A stretch of DNA of 64,000 nt from an uncultured Pelagibacteraceae bacterium. GTDB lineage: Bacteria; Pseudomonadota; Alphaproteobacteria; Pelagibacterales; Pelagibacteraceae. The DNA lies in the NCBI GenBank assembly GCA_902560565.1, contig CACEMG010000001.1, positions 166,194 through 230,193 of the forward strand, given 5' to 3'. A program made the position numbers and the translations under genes. Of this stretch, positions 38,961 through 47,422 are shown piece after piece; position 1 is the first letter of the stretch; each line of letters begins with the position of its first letter. Below the pieces are notes generated by a model. That model was not told where the DNA came from and made no database searches. It saw only the letters and a list, made by a program, of their open reading frames with translations.

Positions 38961-39914
38961 ATGAAAAAAATTCTCGTTACACGAAGACTTTTAAGATCCA
39001 ATGAAGACAGAATTAAAGAGCTATATGATGCAAATTTAAATTTAAATGATGAACTTTACTCTCAAGACAAGCTAATAGAATTGAGTCAGGGATGTGATGG
39101 CGTATTATCAGCTCTTACAGATAAGTTAGACGAGAAAACAATAAATCGCCTACCTGATAGTGTAAAAATTTTATCTAATTTTGCTGTAGGATTTGGAAAT
39201 ATAGATTTAGAGGCAGCAAAAAAAAAAAATATAATTGTTACAAACACGCCAGAAGTTTTAACTGATGCTACAGCTGAAATTGGTGTTCTTTTAATACTTG
39301 GAGCATGTAGAAGAGCATCTGAGGGTATTCAAGGCGCAAGAGACGCGGACTGGAAATGGTCAGCAGATTATCTGATTGGAAAGCAATTAACTGGTGCGAG
39401 ACTTGGAATTCTGGGCATGGGAAGAATTGGACAAAAGATAGCAAAAATTGCGAAGTCTCTAGGAATGATAGTTCATTATCATAATCGATCTAAACTTAGT
39501 TCTGATAAAGAAAATGGATCAATCTACCATGACAATCTTAAAAGTTTAATGGAGGTATCAGATGTACTCTCAGTTTGTTGTCCTGCCTCAAAAGAAACTA
39601 TAAATTTAATTAATAAAGAGACTTTGGAGTATTTACCAAAAGGCGCAGTAGTTACTAACGTTGCTAGAGGGGATATTGTAGACGACGAAGCTCTTATTGA
39701 TGCTCTTGATAGAAGAAAAGTTTATGCAGTTGGTCTAGATGTTTACAAAGGAGAGCCAAATTTAAATCCAGGATACTTAAAACACAAAAGCGCTTTCATA
39801 TTACCTCACTTAGGTAGTGCAACAAAAGAAACTAGAACAGCAATGGCAAATCTCGCCATAGATAATTTAGAAGAGTTCTTCAAATCAGGAAGCTGTAAAA
39901 ATAAGGTTAATTAA
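38961..39914 (+). CDS. NAD(P)-dependent 2-hydroxyacid dehydrogenase (glyoxylate/hydroxypyruvate reductase family)
   Basis: VTNTPEVLTDATAE, GILGMGRIG, NVARG, GLDVY.GEP, PHLGSAT.ETR. Confidence 0.9.
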   Translation: MKKILVTRRLLRSNEDRIKELYDANLNLNDELYSQDKLIELSQGCDGVLSALTDKLDEKTINRLPDSVKILSNFAVGFGNIDLEAAKKKNIIVTNTPEVLTDATAEIGVLLILGACRRASEGIQGARDADWKWSADYLIGKQLTGARLGILGMGRIGQKIAKIAKSLGMIVHYHNRSKLSSDKENGSIYHDNLKSLMEVSDVLSVCCPASKETINLINKETLEYLPKGAVVTNVARGDIVDDEALIDALDRRKVYAVGLDVYKGEPNLNPGYLKHKSAFILPHLGSATKETRTAMANLAIDNLEEFFKSGSCKNKVN

Positions 39915-40031
39915 AAGTATAAAATTCTACTCAAAGTTGTAAATAATTTTGAATAAGTCTATTTAGCAAAAGACTCTTACAACCATTTATGCTTAAATTA
40001 TCTTAAGTTAATTAACTAAAGAGGAGAAATA

Positions 40032-41177
40032 ATGATTAAAGAAAAAAAATCATTGAAGGGAAAAACGCCTTCAAGACGTAAGTTCTTTAAGACTGCGGCT
40101 ATGGCCGGAGCAGCTGCTGTTGCAATGCCTTATGTTAACTTAGGCGCTGCACAAACTTTAAAAATGCAAGCTGCATGGCCAAGTGGAGCCAACATCTTTT
40201 TTGAAATGGCAGGAGATTACTGCAAGATGGTGAGCGACATGTCTGGTGGATCGTTGAAAATTGATCTACAACCAGTAGGAGCAGTTGTTAAGACTAGTGA
40301 AATTGGTCAAGCAGTTAGCTCAGGTGCCGTTGATATGGGTCACTGGGTAACAGCTTACTGGTACGGTAAGAATGCTGCGGCATCTTTATTCGGAACAGGA
40401 CCTTCATACGGTATGTCATCTCAAGAAGTAATGGGATGGATGGAATACGGTGGAGGAAGAGCACTTTATGAAGAAACTGTTAAAAAAGTAGGTTTCGACT
40501 ACACAGGTGTTTTTCATATGCCTATGCCAGCACAACCATTTGGATGGTTTAAGAAAAATGTAACTAAAGTATCTGATGTTAAAGGTATGAAGTATAGAAC
40601 AGTTGGTCTTGCTACTAACGTTCTTACTGCGATGGGAATGGTCGTTAGACAGTTACCAGGTGGTGAAATTCAACCAGCTATGAAAACTGGATTGATTGAA
40701 GCTGCTGAGTTTAACAACCCAACTTCAGACTCACAGTTTGGTATGCAAGATGTTTCTAAGCACTATCACTTAGGAAGCTTCCACCAATCTCAAGAGATGT
40801 TTGAAATACCTATCAACAATAAAACATTTAACGGTCTGTCTCCAGCTAACCAAGCAATATTAAAAAATGCTGCTTACGCTGCAAACACAGATAACTATTT
40901 TAAAGCATTAGTTAGATATTCAGCTGATTTATCTAAATTAATGAATGAACATAAAGTTAATGTTTACCAAACGTCTGATGCGATTTTAGCTCAACAATTA
41001 AAAGGTTGGGATAAAGTTATCGGCGATTTCAATAAGAAAGATCCTTTCTTTAAGAAAATCGTTGATTCTCAAAAAGCATACGCTAAGAGAGTAATGAAGT
41101 ACTTGCTGATGAACCAGCCTAATTACAAATTAGCATATGAAAATGAGTTCGGACCTATTGGAAAAGTTAAGATATAA
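40032..41177 (+). CDS. dctP: TRAP transporter substrate-binding protein (TakP/SmoM-like) with Tat signal
   Basis: SRRKFFK Tat motif, YWYGK, GWFKK, conserved K.R (MKYRTVG), PGGEI, AAEF; SD GAGGAG. Confidence 0.9.
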   Translation: MIKEKKSLKGKTPSRRKFFKTAAMAGAAAVAMPYVNLGAAQTLKMQAAWPSGANIFFEMAGDYCKMVSDMSGGSLKIDLQPVGAVVKTSEIGQAVSSGAVDMGHWVTAYWYGKNAAASLFGTGPSYGMSSQEVMGWMEYGGGRALYEETVKKVGFDYTGVFHMPMPAQPFGWFKKNVTKVSDVKGMKYRTVGLATNVLTAMGMVVRQLPGGEIQPAMKTGLIEAAEFNNPTSDSQFGMQDVSKHYHLGSFHQSQEMFEIPINNKTFNGLSPANQAILKNAAYAANTDNYFKALVRYSADLSKLMNEHKVNVYQTSDAILAQQLKGWDKVIGDFNKKDPFFKKIVDSQKAYAKRVMKYLLMNQPNYKLAYENEFGPIGKVKI

Positions 41178-41195
41178 TTATTAACTTTAATATTT

Positions 41196-41226
41196 AAAAA
41201 GGGGACCAAATGGTCCCCTTTTTTTT
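41196..41226 (+). terminator. Intrinsic terminator after the TRAP binding protein gene
   Basis: AAAAA-GGGGACC-AAAT-GGTCCCC-TTTTTTTT. Confidence 0.88.
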
Positions 41227-41264
41227 GTTTGCTTTAATTATATATTTTAACATAAGGTACAAAA

Positions 41265-41852
41265 ATGAAATCTTTCATAAAATTTGCTGACACACTAAGT
41301 GCTTCAATGGGAAAAGCATTTTCTTGGTGTATTGTAATTCTTATGGGGGGTACTTGCTATGAAGTTATTATGGCATATGCATTTAACAGTCCAACGTTAT
41401 GGAACTTTGATTTTAGTCTACAAATGTATGGAGCTATTTTTATGATGGCTGGAGCATACACTTTATCTACAGAGGCCCATGTAAGAGGTGACGTTATTTA
41501 TAGATTGTTTCCAACCAGAGTACAGGGTTGGATTGATCTAATTTTATATTTTATATTTTTCTTCCCTGGAATTTTAGCTTTAGCATTTTATGGGTACGAA
41601 TACGCTGCTTTAGCCTGGAAAATAAAAGAAACAAGCTGGAATAGTCCAGCACAAATACAGATTTATATGGCCAAATCTTTAATACCATTGTCAGGAATAT
41701 TATTAACAATACAAGGTGTTAGCGAAGTATGCAGAGCAATTATTTGCATTAAAACTGGTCATTGGCCCGTTAGAGCATCAGCAGATGCTGAGGAAACTGA
41801 AAAAGTATTAATGAGAACTTCACAAAAGGACGATCAAGCAGATGTTATTTGA
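41265..41852 (+). CDS. dctQ: TRAP transporter small permease
   Basis: Four TM segments, YEV..Y.F..PT.W, HVRGDV.Y. Confidence 0.9.
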   Translation: MKSFIKFADTLSASMGKAFSWCIVILMGGTCYEVIMAYAFNSPTLWNFDFSLQMYGAIFMMAGAYTLSTEAHVRGDVIYRLFPTRVQGWIDLILYFIFFFPGILALAFYGYEYAALAWKIKETSWNSPAQIQIYMAKSLIPLSGILLTIQGVSEVCRAIICIKTGHWPVRASADAEETEKVLMRTSQKDDQADVI

Positions 41853-43203
41853 ACTAACAAATCCAGAAATTGCAATTTTAATGATGAGTTTGTTTCTGTT
41901 CGCAGTTTTGTTAGGTTTTCCAATTGCATTTACATTGCTAGCAATGGGAGTGGGTTTTGGTTATTACGCTTATTTTGATCCAACTAGGATGGATCATTTA
42001 TTTGATAACCGGATATTTTCTTTATTAGTCTCTAATACCTATACAATAATGGATAATACCGTTTTAACCGCCGTCCCTTTATTTTTATTCATGGGTTATC
42101 TAGTTGAAAGAGCAGGGATTGTAGCAAAGCTATTTTTTGCTATAAGACTTGCATCTCATAGACTTCCTGCCTCTATGGCTGTTGCAGCACTTGTTACATG
42201 CGCATTGTTTTCTACTGCAACTGGAATTATTGGTGCCGTAGTTACACTTATGGGTTTGCTTGCTTGGCCGGCGATGATAAGAGCAGGATATGATAAAAAA
42301 TTTGCATCAGGCGTAATTTGCTCCGGTGGATGTTTAGGAATTCTTATTCCACCAAGTATCATGCTTATAGTTTATGCTGTAATAGCCCAATTATCACCAT
42401 TAAGGCTTTTTGCTGCAGCTATATTTCCTGGTCTAATGTTGGCTGGATTGTACATTCTTTATGTAATTATAAGAGCATACTTTAATCCATCTTTAGCCCC
42501 AAAACCTGCTGCTGAGGAAATTCCTCCACGTTCGGAGATTTTGAAAGAAGTTTTGGTCTCGTTTGTTCCATTATTTTCATTGATTATTTTAGTACTTGGT
42601 ACAATTCTAGCTGGTTTAGCCACACCAGCTGAGGCAGCCGCAGTTGGAGCCTTCGGTGCTTTAGTTCTTTCTTATTTCTATAAGTCATTAAAATGGAAAA
42701 ATTTCAAAGAGTCTGTATTTTTAACTGCGAAAACAAGCGCTATGATTATGTGGTTATTTGTAGGTTCTTGGACCTTTGCATCTGTATTTTCCTACTTAGG
42801 TGGACATGAGGTATTTGAACATTTTTTCAAATCAATGGATATTCAGCCATGGCAATTTTTAGTAATAACTCAAATAATTATTTTTCTTTTAGGCTGGCCG
42901 CTAGAATGGACTGAAATATTAATTATTTTTGTTCCAATCTTTTTACCACTTGTAGAATTTTTTGGTGTAAATCCATATTTCTTTGCAATGTTAATAGCAT
43001 TGAATTTACAAACATCCTTTTTGACACCACCAATGGCCATGTCAGCATACTATTTAAAAGGAGTTCAAAGCAGAAATGTTCAGTTAATGGAAATCTTTAG
43101 AGGAATTATGCCTTTCCTTGGAATTGTTATACTTGCAATGGTACTGATGTACATTTTTCCTGGCATAGCATTATGGTTACCTGATACTTTGTTTGCAGAA
43201 TAA
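41842..43203 (+). CDS. dctM: TRAP transporter large permease
   Basis: GFPIAF, AVPLF.FMG, LGILIPPSI, ATPAEAA, TSFLTPP. Confidence 0.93.
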   Translation: MLFELTNPEIAILMMSLFLFAVLLGFPIAFTLLAMGVGFGYYAYFDPTRMDHLFDNRIFSLLVSNTYTIMDNTVLTAVPLFLFMGYLVERAGIVAKLFFAIRLASHRLPASMAVAALVTCALFSTATGIIGAVVTLMGLLAWPAMIRAGYDKKFASGVICSGGCLGILIPPSIMLIVYAVIAQLSPLRLFAAAIFPGLMLAGLYILYVIIRAYFNPSLAPKPAAEEIPPRSEILKEVLVSFVPLFSLIILVLGTILAGLATPAEAAAVGAFGALVLSYFYKSLKWKNFKESVFLTAKTSAMIMWLFVGSWTFASVFSYLGGHEVFEHFFKSMDIQPWQFLVITQIIIFLLGWPLEWTEILIIFVPIFLPLVEFFGVNPYFFAMLIALNLQTSFLTPPMAMSAYYLKGVQSRNVQLMEIFRGIMPFLGIVILAMVLMYIFPGIALWLPDTLFAE

Positions 43204-43210
43204 TCTTTAA

Positions 43211-44548
43211 ATGACTAATGTTTTTTCTTTACCGATATCTAAAATTACAGAAAAGATTAGAAAATCTGAAATAACCTGTTTAGAGCTTTGTCAAAATTAT
43301 ATTTCACAAATAGAAAAGTATGAAAAAGATGTTAAAGCTTGGGCATTTTTTGATAAAAAACTTTTGATAGAAAAAGCTGAAGAAGCTGACACATACAGAA
43401 AATCTGGAAAACCCATGGGTATATTGCATGGTATTCCTGTAGCATTAAAAGATATTATTGGAACTTATGATATGCCAACTGAATGTGGCACGGTATTAAG
43501 AAAAGGTAAAACGCAATCCCAAAACTCTGAAATTGTAGATCTTCTTAAATCTGAGGGAGCAATTATAATGGGAAAAACTGCAACATCAGAATTGGCTTAT
43601 CTTGGTCCACCAGATACAAGGAATCCTCATGATTATTCAAGGACACCAGGAGGATCTTCAAGTGGATCAGCAGCTGTAATTGCAACCCATATGGCTCCGC
43701 TTTCAATTGGATCTCAAACAGGAGGATCAGTTATAAGACCAGCATCTTATTGTGGAGTAGTTGGATATAAACCTAGCTATGGATTAATATCAAGAAATGG
43801 AGTTTTAAGAACATCTTATCATCTAGATCATATGGGAGTTTTTGGAAAAACAGTAGAGGATGTAGCTTTACTTGCTAAAGTTTTAATTAAAAAAGATCAA
43901 TATGATGAAGCAACCATACATTATTCCTCAGAATTTATGGTTGATGAATGTTTAAAGGGACCAATGTTTGAACCTAAGTTTATATTTTATAAAACAGAAA
44001 GTTGGAAAAAAATAGATAGGAGATCTCGAGAGTCGTTTGAGTTCTTTATAAAATCTTTTAAAAAAAATATTGAAGTATTTGATACTCCATCTTACTTCAA
44101 AGATATTGACAAGTACCATAGAGTAATTCATGAAACAGACTTAGCTAATAACTTTCAGACATATTATAAGAAATCAAAAAATAAACTTTCAAAGGAGATG
44201 CAGTCTGCAATTAGCAGAGGGATGAAATATTCTGCGAAAGAATATTTAGATGCCGTAGATTTTATGAAAAGAAGTTATGAGTCTTACAAAGAGGTATTTG
44301 AAGATTATCATGGTGTTTTAAGTCCATGCTCTACAGGAGTTGCGGACAAAGGATTAAAAAGTACAGGAAGCGCAGATTTTAATCGAGTTTGGTCTTATAT
44401 GCATACACCAGCAATTTCTCTACCTTTACTTCAAGGTGAAAATAATTTACCTTTAGGTATCCAATTAATTGGTGATAAATATGATGATCATAGATTTCTT
44501 GGTATTGCTAGATGGTTAGAACAAAAAAGTAAAAAATATGATGAATAA
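43211..44548 (+). CDS. Amidase signature family enzyme
   Basis: Catalytic Lys (ALKD), TPGGSSSGSAA, GSQTGGSVIRPASYCG. Confidence 0.92.
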   Translation: MTNVFSLPISKITEKIRKSEITCLELCQNYISQIEKYEKDVKAWAFFDKKLLIEKAEEADTYRKSGKPMGILHGIPVALKDIIGTYDMPTECGTVLRKGKTQSQNSEIVDLLKSEGAIIMGKTATSELAYLGPPDTRNPHDYSRTPGGSSSGSAAVIATHMAPLSIGSQTGGSVIRPASYCGVVGYKPSYGLISRNGVLRTSYHLDHMGVFGKTVEDVALLAKVLIKKDQYDEATIHYSSEFMVDECLKGPMFEPKFIFYKTESWKKIDRRSRESFEFFIKSFKKNIEVFDTPSYFKDIDKYHRVIHETDLANNFQTYYKKSKNKLSKEMQSAISRGMKYSAKEYLDAVDFMKRSYESYKEVFEDYHGVLSPCSTGVADKGLKSTGSADFNRVWSYMHTPAISLPLLQGENNLPLGIQLIGDKYDDHRFLGIARWLEQKSKKYDE

Positions 44549-44717
44549 AATTGCAACAATAGTCGGTTTGTCTTTCTGTCTTTTCTTTTTAATAGGGCTT
44601 GCAACAACTCTTACAAGATCAATGATGATAGGTTTCTTTGATGTTTTACCAGTTTATATATTTATGGGAATCGCAATTGTCATGATGATTTACGAAGCTT
44701 TTTTCGATAAAAAATAG
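44541..44717 (+). CDS. Small two-TM membrane protein (58 aa, absent from the ORF track)
   Basis: Translated by hand: MNKIATIVGLSFCLFFLIGLATTLTRSMMIGFFDVLPVYIFMGIAIVMMIYEAFFDKK*. It overlaps the amidase stop and fills the gap to the next gene. Confidence 0.75.
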   Translation: MNKIATIVGLSFCLFFLIGLATTLTRSMMIGFFDVLPVYIFMGIAIVMMIYEAFFDKK

Positions 44718-44731
44718 TAAATTTCTAATTA

Positions 44732-45538
44732 ATGAAAATTGGAAGTATCGTATTAAATTCCTTTTTAATTTTATTGCTTGTTTATATTTCTCTTGTAGTT
44801 TTTTTATTTTTTTATCAAAGAAAACTGCTCTACCATCCTAGTGAAAATAATTATTTGGATGAAACGCAACTGAACCATAAGATAGAAAAAACATTTATCC
44901 AATCAAATGATAAACTTGTTTCGTGGTATTTTAAAAAAAATTCAAAATTAAAAACCATATTATTCTTTCATGGAAATGCAGGAAAACTTGATAATAGAGT
45001 TTATAAACTTAACGAATTATCAAAACTAAATATAAATTATTTGATAATTGCATACAGAGGTTTTAGTGGAAATACAGGTAGTCCATCAGAAAATGGTTTA
45101 TATGAGGATGCAAATTCTGCAAAAATTTGGTTAAACAATAATGGTGTTAAAGATAAAGATATTATCATTTACGGAGAGTCTCTTGGAACAGCAGTTGCTA
45201 TTGATCTAGCAAGCAGATATAAATTTTCAGGGATTATTTTAGAGTCTCCTTTTACTTCAATGGTAGAACTTGCACAAAAGTATTATCCCATAATTCCTGT
45301 AAAACTAATTCTTAAAGACAGGTACGAAAGTAAAAAAAAACTTAATGACATTAAATCTCCAGTATTAGTAATGCACGGCAGAAAAGATAACATCGTCCCC
45401 TTTTATATGGGTAAGCAAATATACGAGGCTTTATCAGTACCAAAGTTTGCTTATTTCAATGACCAAGACGATCATATGATGGAATATAATAATGAATTAA
45501 TATCTTCTGTTAAAAAGTTTTTAGAACAAATTAATTAA
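44732..45538 (+). CDS. Membrane-anchored alpha/beta hydrolase (ABHD13/BEM46-like)
   Basis: QRKLLYHP, FHGNAG, YRGF, GESLG nucleophile, HGRKDNIVP, C-terminal His. Confidence 0.88.
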   Translation: MKIGSIVLNSFLILLLVYISLVVFLFFYQRKLLYHPSENNYLDETQLNHKIEKTFIQSNDKLVSWYFKKNSKLKTILFFHGNAGKLDNRVYKLNELSKLNINYLIIAYRGFSGNTGSPSENGLYEDANSAKIWLNNNGVKDKDIIIYGESLGTAVAIDLASRYKFSGIILESPFTSMVELAQKYYPIIPVKLILKDRYESKKKLNDIKSPVLVMHGRKDNIVPFYMGKQIYEALSVPKFAYFNDQDDHMMEYNNELISSVKKFLEQIN

Positions 45539-46448
45539 TATTTACAAATGAATTTGCAAATTTTTTTGCTTCAAAAATCTGTAAATCATCTTCTTTCTCA
45601 CCTAGACCTAACGCGATAATTGGTAATTTATGTTTTTTTGCCAAAGCTATTAAAATGCCACCTTTTGCAGTTCCATCAAGTTTAGTCATAATTAATCCTG
45701 TAATTGGAATAATTTTATTAAATTCCTCGACTTGATTAATTACATTTTGGCCAGACGTGGCATCCAAAACTAAAATTACTTCATGTGGAGCCTTAGGGTC
45801 AATTTTTTTAGTAACATTCGCAATTTTCTTATACTCCTCCATTAAATTCTTTTTGTTTTGCAATCTTCCAGCAGTATCTATCAATACATGGGTAAAATTT
45901 TTATTTATAGCTTCTTCGACTGCTTTATATGCAACAGAAGCTGGATCTGAACCTTGTGAAGATTTAATAATTTCGACATCAATTTTTTTTGCCCAATTTT
46001 CCAACTGTTCGATTGCTGCAGCTCTAAAAGTATCTGAAGCTGAAAAAATTACTTTATTATCATTCATTTTTAATATTTTACCAATTTTTCCAATTGTAGT
46101 AGTCTTGCCTACACCGTTAACACCAGAGACAAGCACAGCATTTAAATCAGTTTTTTTTGAAAAAAAAGCACTTTTTTCAAGTGGCGACATTAAACTAATT
46201 ATATAATCTTTAAGAATCGAATTAATTTCATCTAATTTATTTTTATCAGGGTTGATTTTTTTTTCTGCAATAATTTTTTTAATTTCTTCTGAAGCGATAA
46301 TTCCCACATCAGATTGTATTAAAAATTCCTCTATTTCATCTAATGTTTTGTCATCAATTTCCCTTTTAATAATTATTTCCTTAAGCCCAGAGGAAAAACT
46401 TGAGGCAGTTTTTTGTAAACCTAATTTAAATTTTTCAAAAATACCCAT
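45531..46448 (-). CDS. ftsY: SRP receptor FtsY
   Basis: GVNGVGKTTT, DTFRAAA, DTAGR, TKLDGTAKGG, GLGE. Confidence 0.97.
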   Translation of the reverse strand: MGIFEKFKLGLQKTASSFSSGLKEIIIKREIDDKTLDEIEEFLIQSDVGIIASEEIKKIIAEKKINPDKNKLDEINSILKDYIISLMSPLEKSAFFSKKTDLNAVLVSGVNGVGKTTTIGKIGKILKMNDNKVIFSASDTFRAAAIEQLENWAKKIDVEIIKSSQGSDPASVAYKAVEEAINKNFTHVLIDTAGRLQNKKNLMEEYKKIANVTKKIDPKAPHEVILVLDATSGQNVINQVEEFNKIIPITGLIMTKLDGTAKGGILIALAKKHKLPIIALGLGEKEDDLQIFEAKKFANSFVNIN

Positions 46449-46449
46449 T

Positions 46450-47265
46450 TTATAACTTTAAATTAATTTTTTTAATCTCCGAAACTGGTCCAGTCATAAA
46501 AATATTATCATTTTTATCAACCTCAATATTCAAAATACCTTCACTAAAATTAATGTTAACTTTATTATTAACTAAACTCTTCTTTAAGGCAGCTACTGCA
46601 GATGCACAGGCTGCTGTTCCACAGGCCTTAGTAAGTCCTGCTCCTCTTTCCCACACATTCACTCTTATATTATTTTTATCTGTGACTTCAGCAAATGTTA
46701 CATTTGTTCTTTCAGGAAATAGATCATGGTTTTCAATTTTAGGACCTAATATTTTTAGGTCATAATCAAAGCAATTCTTTACAAAAAAAATTATGTGGGG
46801 GTTCCCTACATTAACACAAAATCCATTAGAAAATGTTTTATCATTTATTTTTAAAGATACATCAGCAGGATTTATTGTCTTTGATAATGGAATATCCTCA
46901 AAACTAAACAAAGGTATTCCCATTTCAAGTTCAACTTTTAAATTTCCAACTATTTTTGCATTTAGTACTCGGTTATTTGTTTTTAACTTTATTTCTTTGG
47001 TGTTTAAATTTTTACACAAAAGATAAGCTACACATCTTGACCCATTTCCACATGCGCTTACCTCACCTCCATCAGAATTAAATATTTTTATAGGAAAAGA
47101 ACTTTCTTTTTTTTTATCTATAAAAATGATTTGATCAAAGCCAATATTGGATCTGTCTCCTAGTTCAATAATTTTTTCCTTTGTTAAACTAATTGAACTT
47201 TCTCTTTTATCTATGATAATAAAATCATTTCCCAAACCATCCATTTTGTAAGCATTAAATTCCAT
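46450..47265 (-). CDS. dapF: Diaminopimelate epimerase
   Basis: GLGNDF, NSDG...CGNG.RC, GNPH, ERGAG.T.ACGT. Confidence 0.96.
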   Translation of the reverse strand: MEFNAYKMDGLGNDFIIIDKRESSISLTKEKIIELGDRSNIGFDQIIFIDKKKESSFPIKIFNSDGGEVSACGNGSRCVAYLLCKNLNTKEIKLKTNNRVLNAKIVGNLKVELEMGIPLFSFEDIPLSKTINPADVSLKINDKTFSNGFCVNVGNPHIIFFVKNCFDYDLKILGPKIENHDLFPERTNVTFAEVTDKNNIRVNVWERGAGLTKACGTAACASAVAALKKSLVNNKVNINFSEGILNIEVDKNDNIFMTGPVSEIKKINLKL

Positions 47266-47287
47266 ATATTTATACTTAACTTATTTA

Positions 47288-47315
47288 TTGACTTTTTGAA
47301 CCTCTATTATAGGTT
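47288..47315 (+). promoter_or_regulatory. Putative sigma70 promoter of the ffh operon
   Basis: TTGACT-16 nt-TAGGTT just upstream of the structured leader. Confidence 0.5.
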
Positions 47316-47325
47316 ATCGCCACTT

Positions 47326-47415
47326 CCGCAAAGTCAGCAATTTGCGGTGTCTTTGGTAACAAAGAGATCGACACCAGTCAGCGAGGGTTCGCCCACTGGT
47401 GCGATAACTGCTGTG
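47326..47415 (+). ncRNA. Structured ffh 5' leader RNA (ffh motif)
   Basis: GC-rich island with three hairpins: CCGCAAA/TTTGCGG, TCTTTG-GTAA-CAAAGA, and CACCAGT..GGG-TTCG-CCC..ACTGGTG. A CAGC bulge could pair with GCTG at 47410-47413. An ffh leader motif is known from Pelagibacter and other alphaproteobacteria. Confidence 0.75.
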
Positions 47416-47422
47416 TAAAAGT

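Noticed and set aside
39990-40020. TTAA-rich stretch as a CtrA box
   Set aside because: The spacing does not match TTAA-N7-TTAA, and such words are expected by chance at this AT content.
43211-44548. Amidase as GatA
   Set aside because: No gatB or gatC is adjacent, it has SQTGGS rather than the GatA-type SDTGGS/TDTGGS, and it is coupled to a TRAP transporter.
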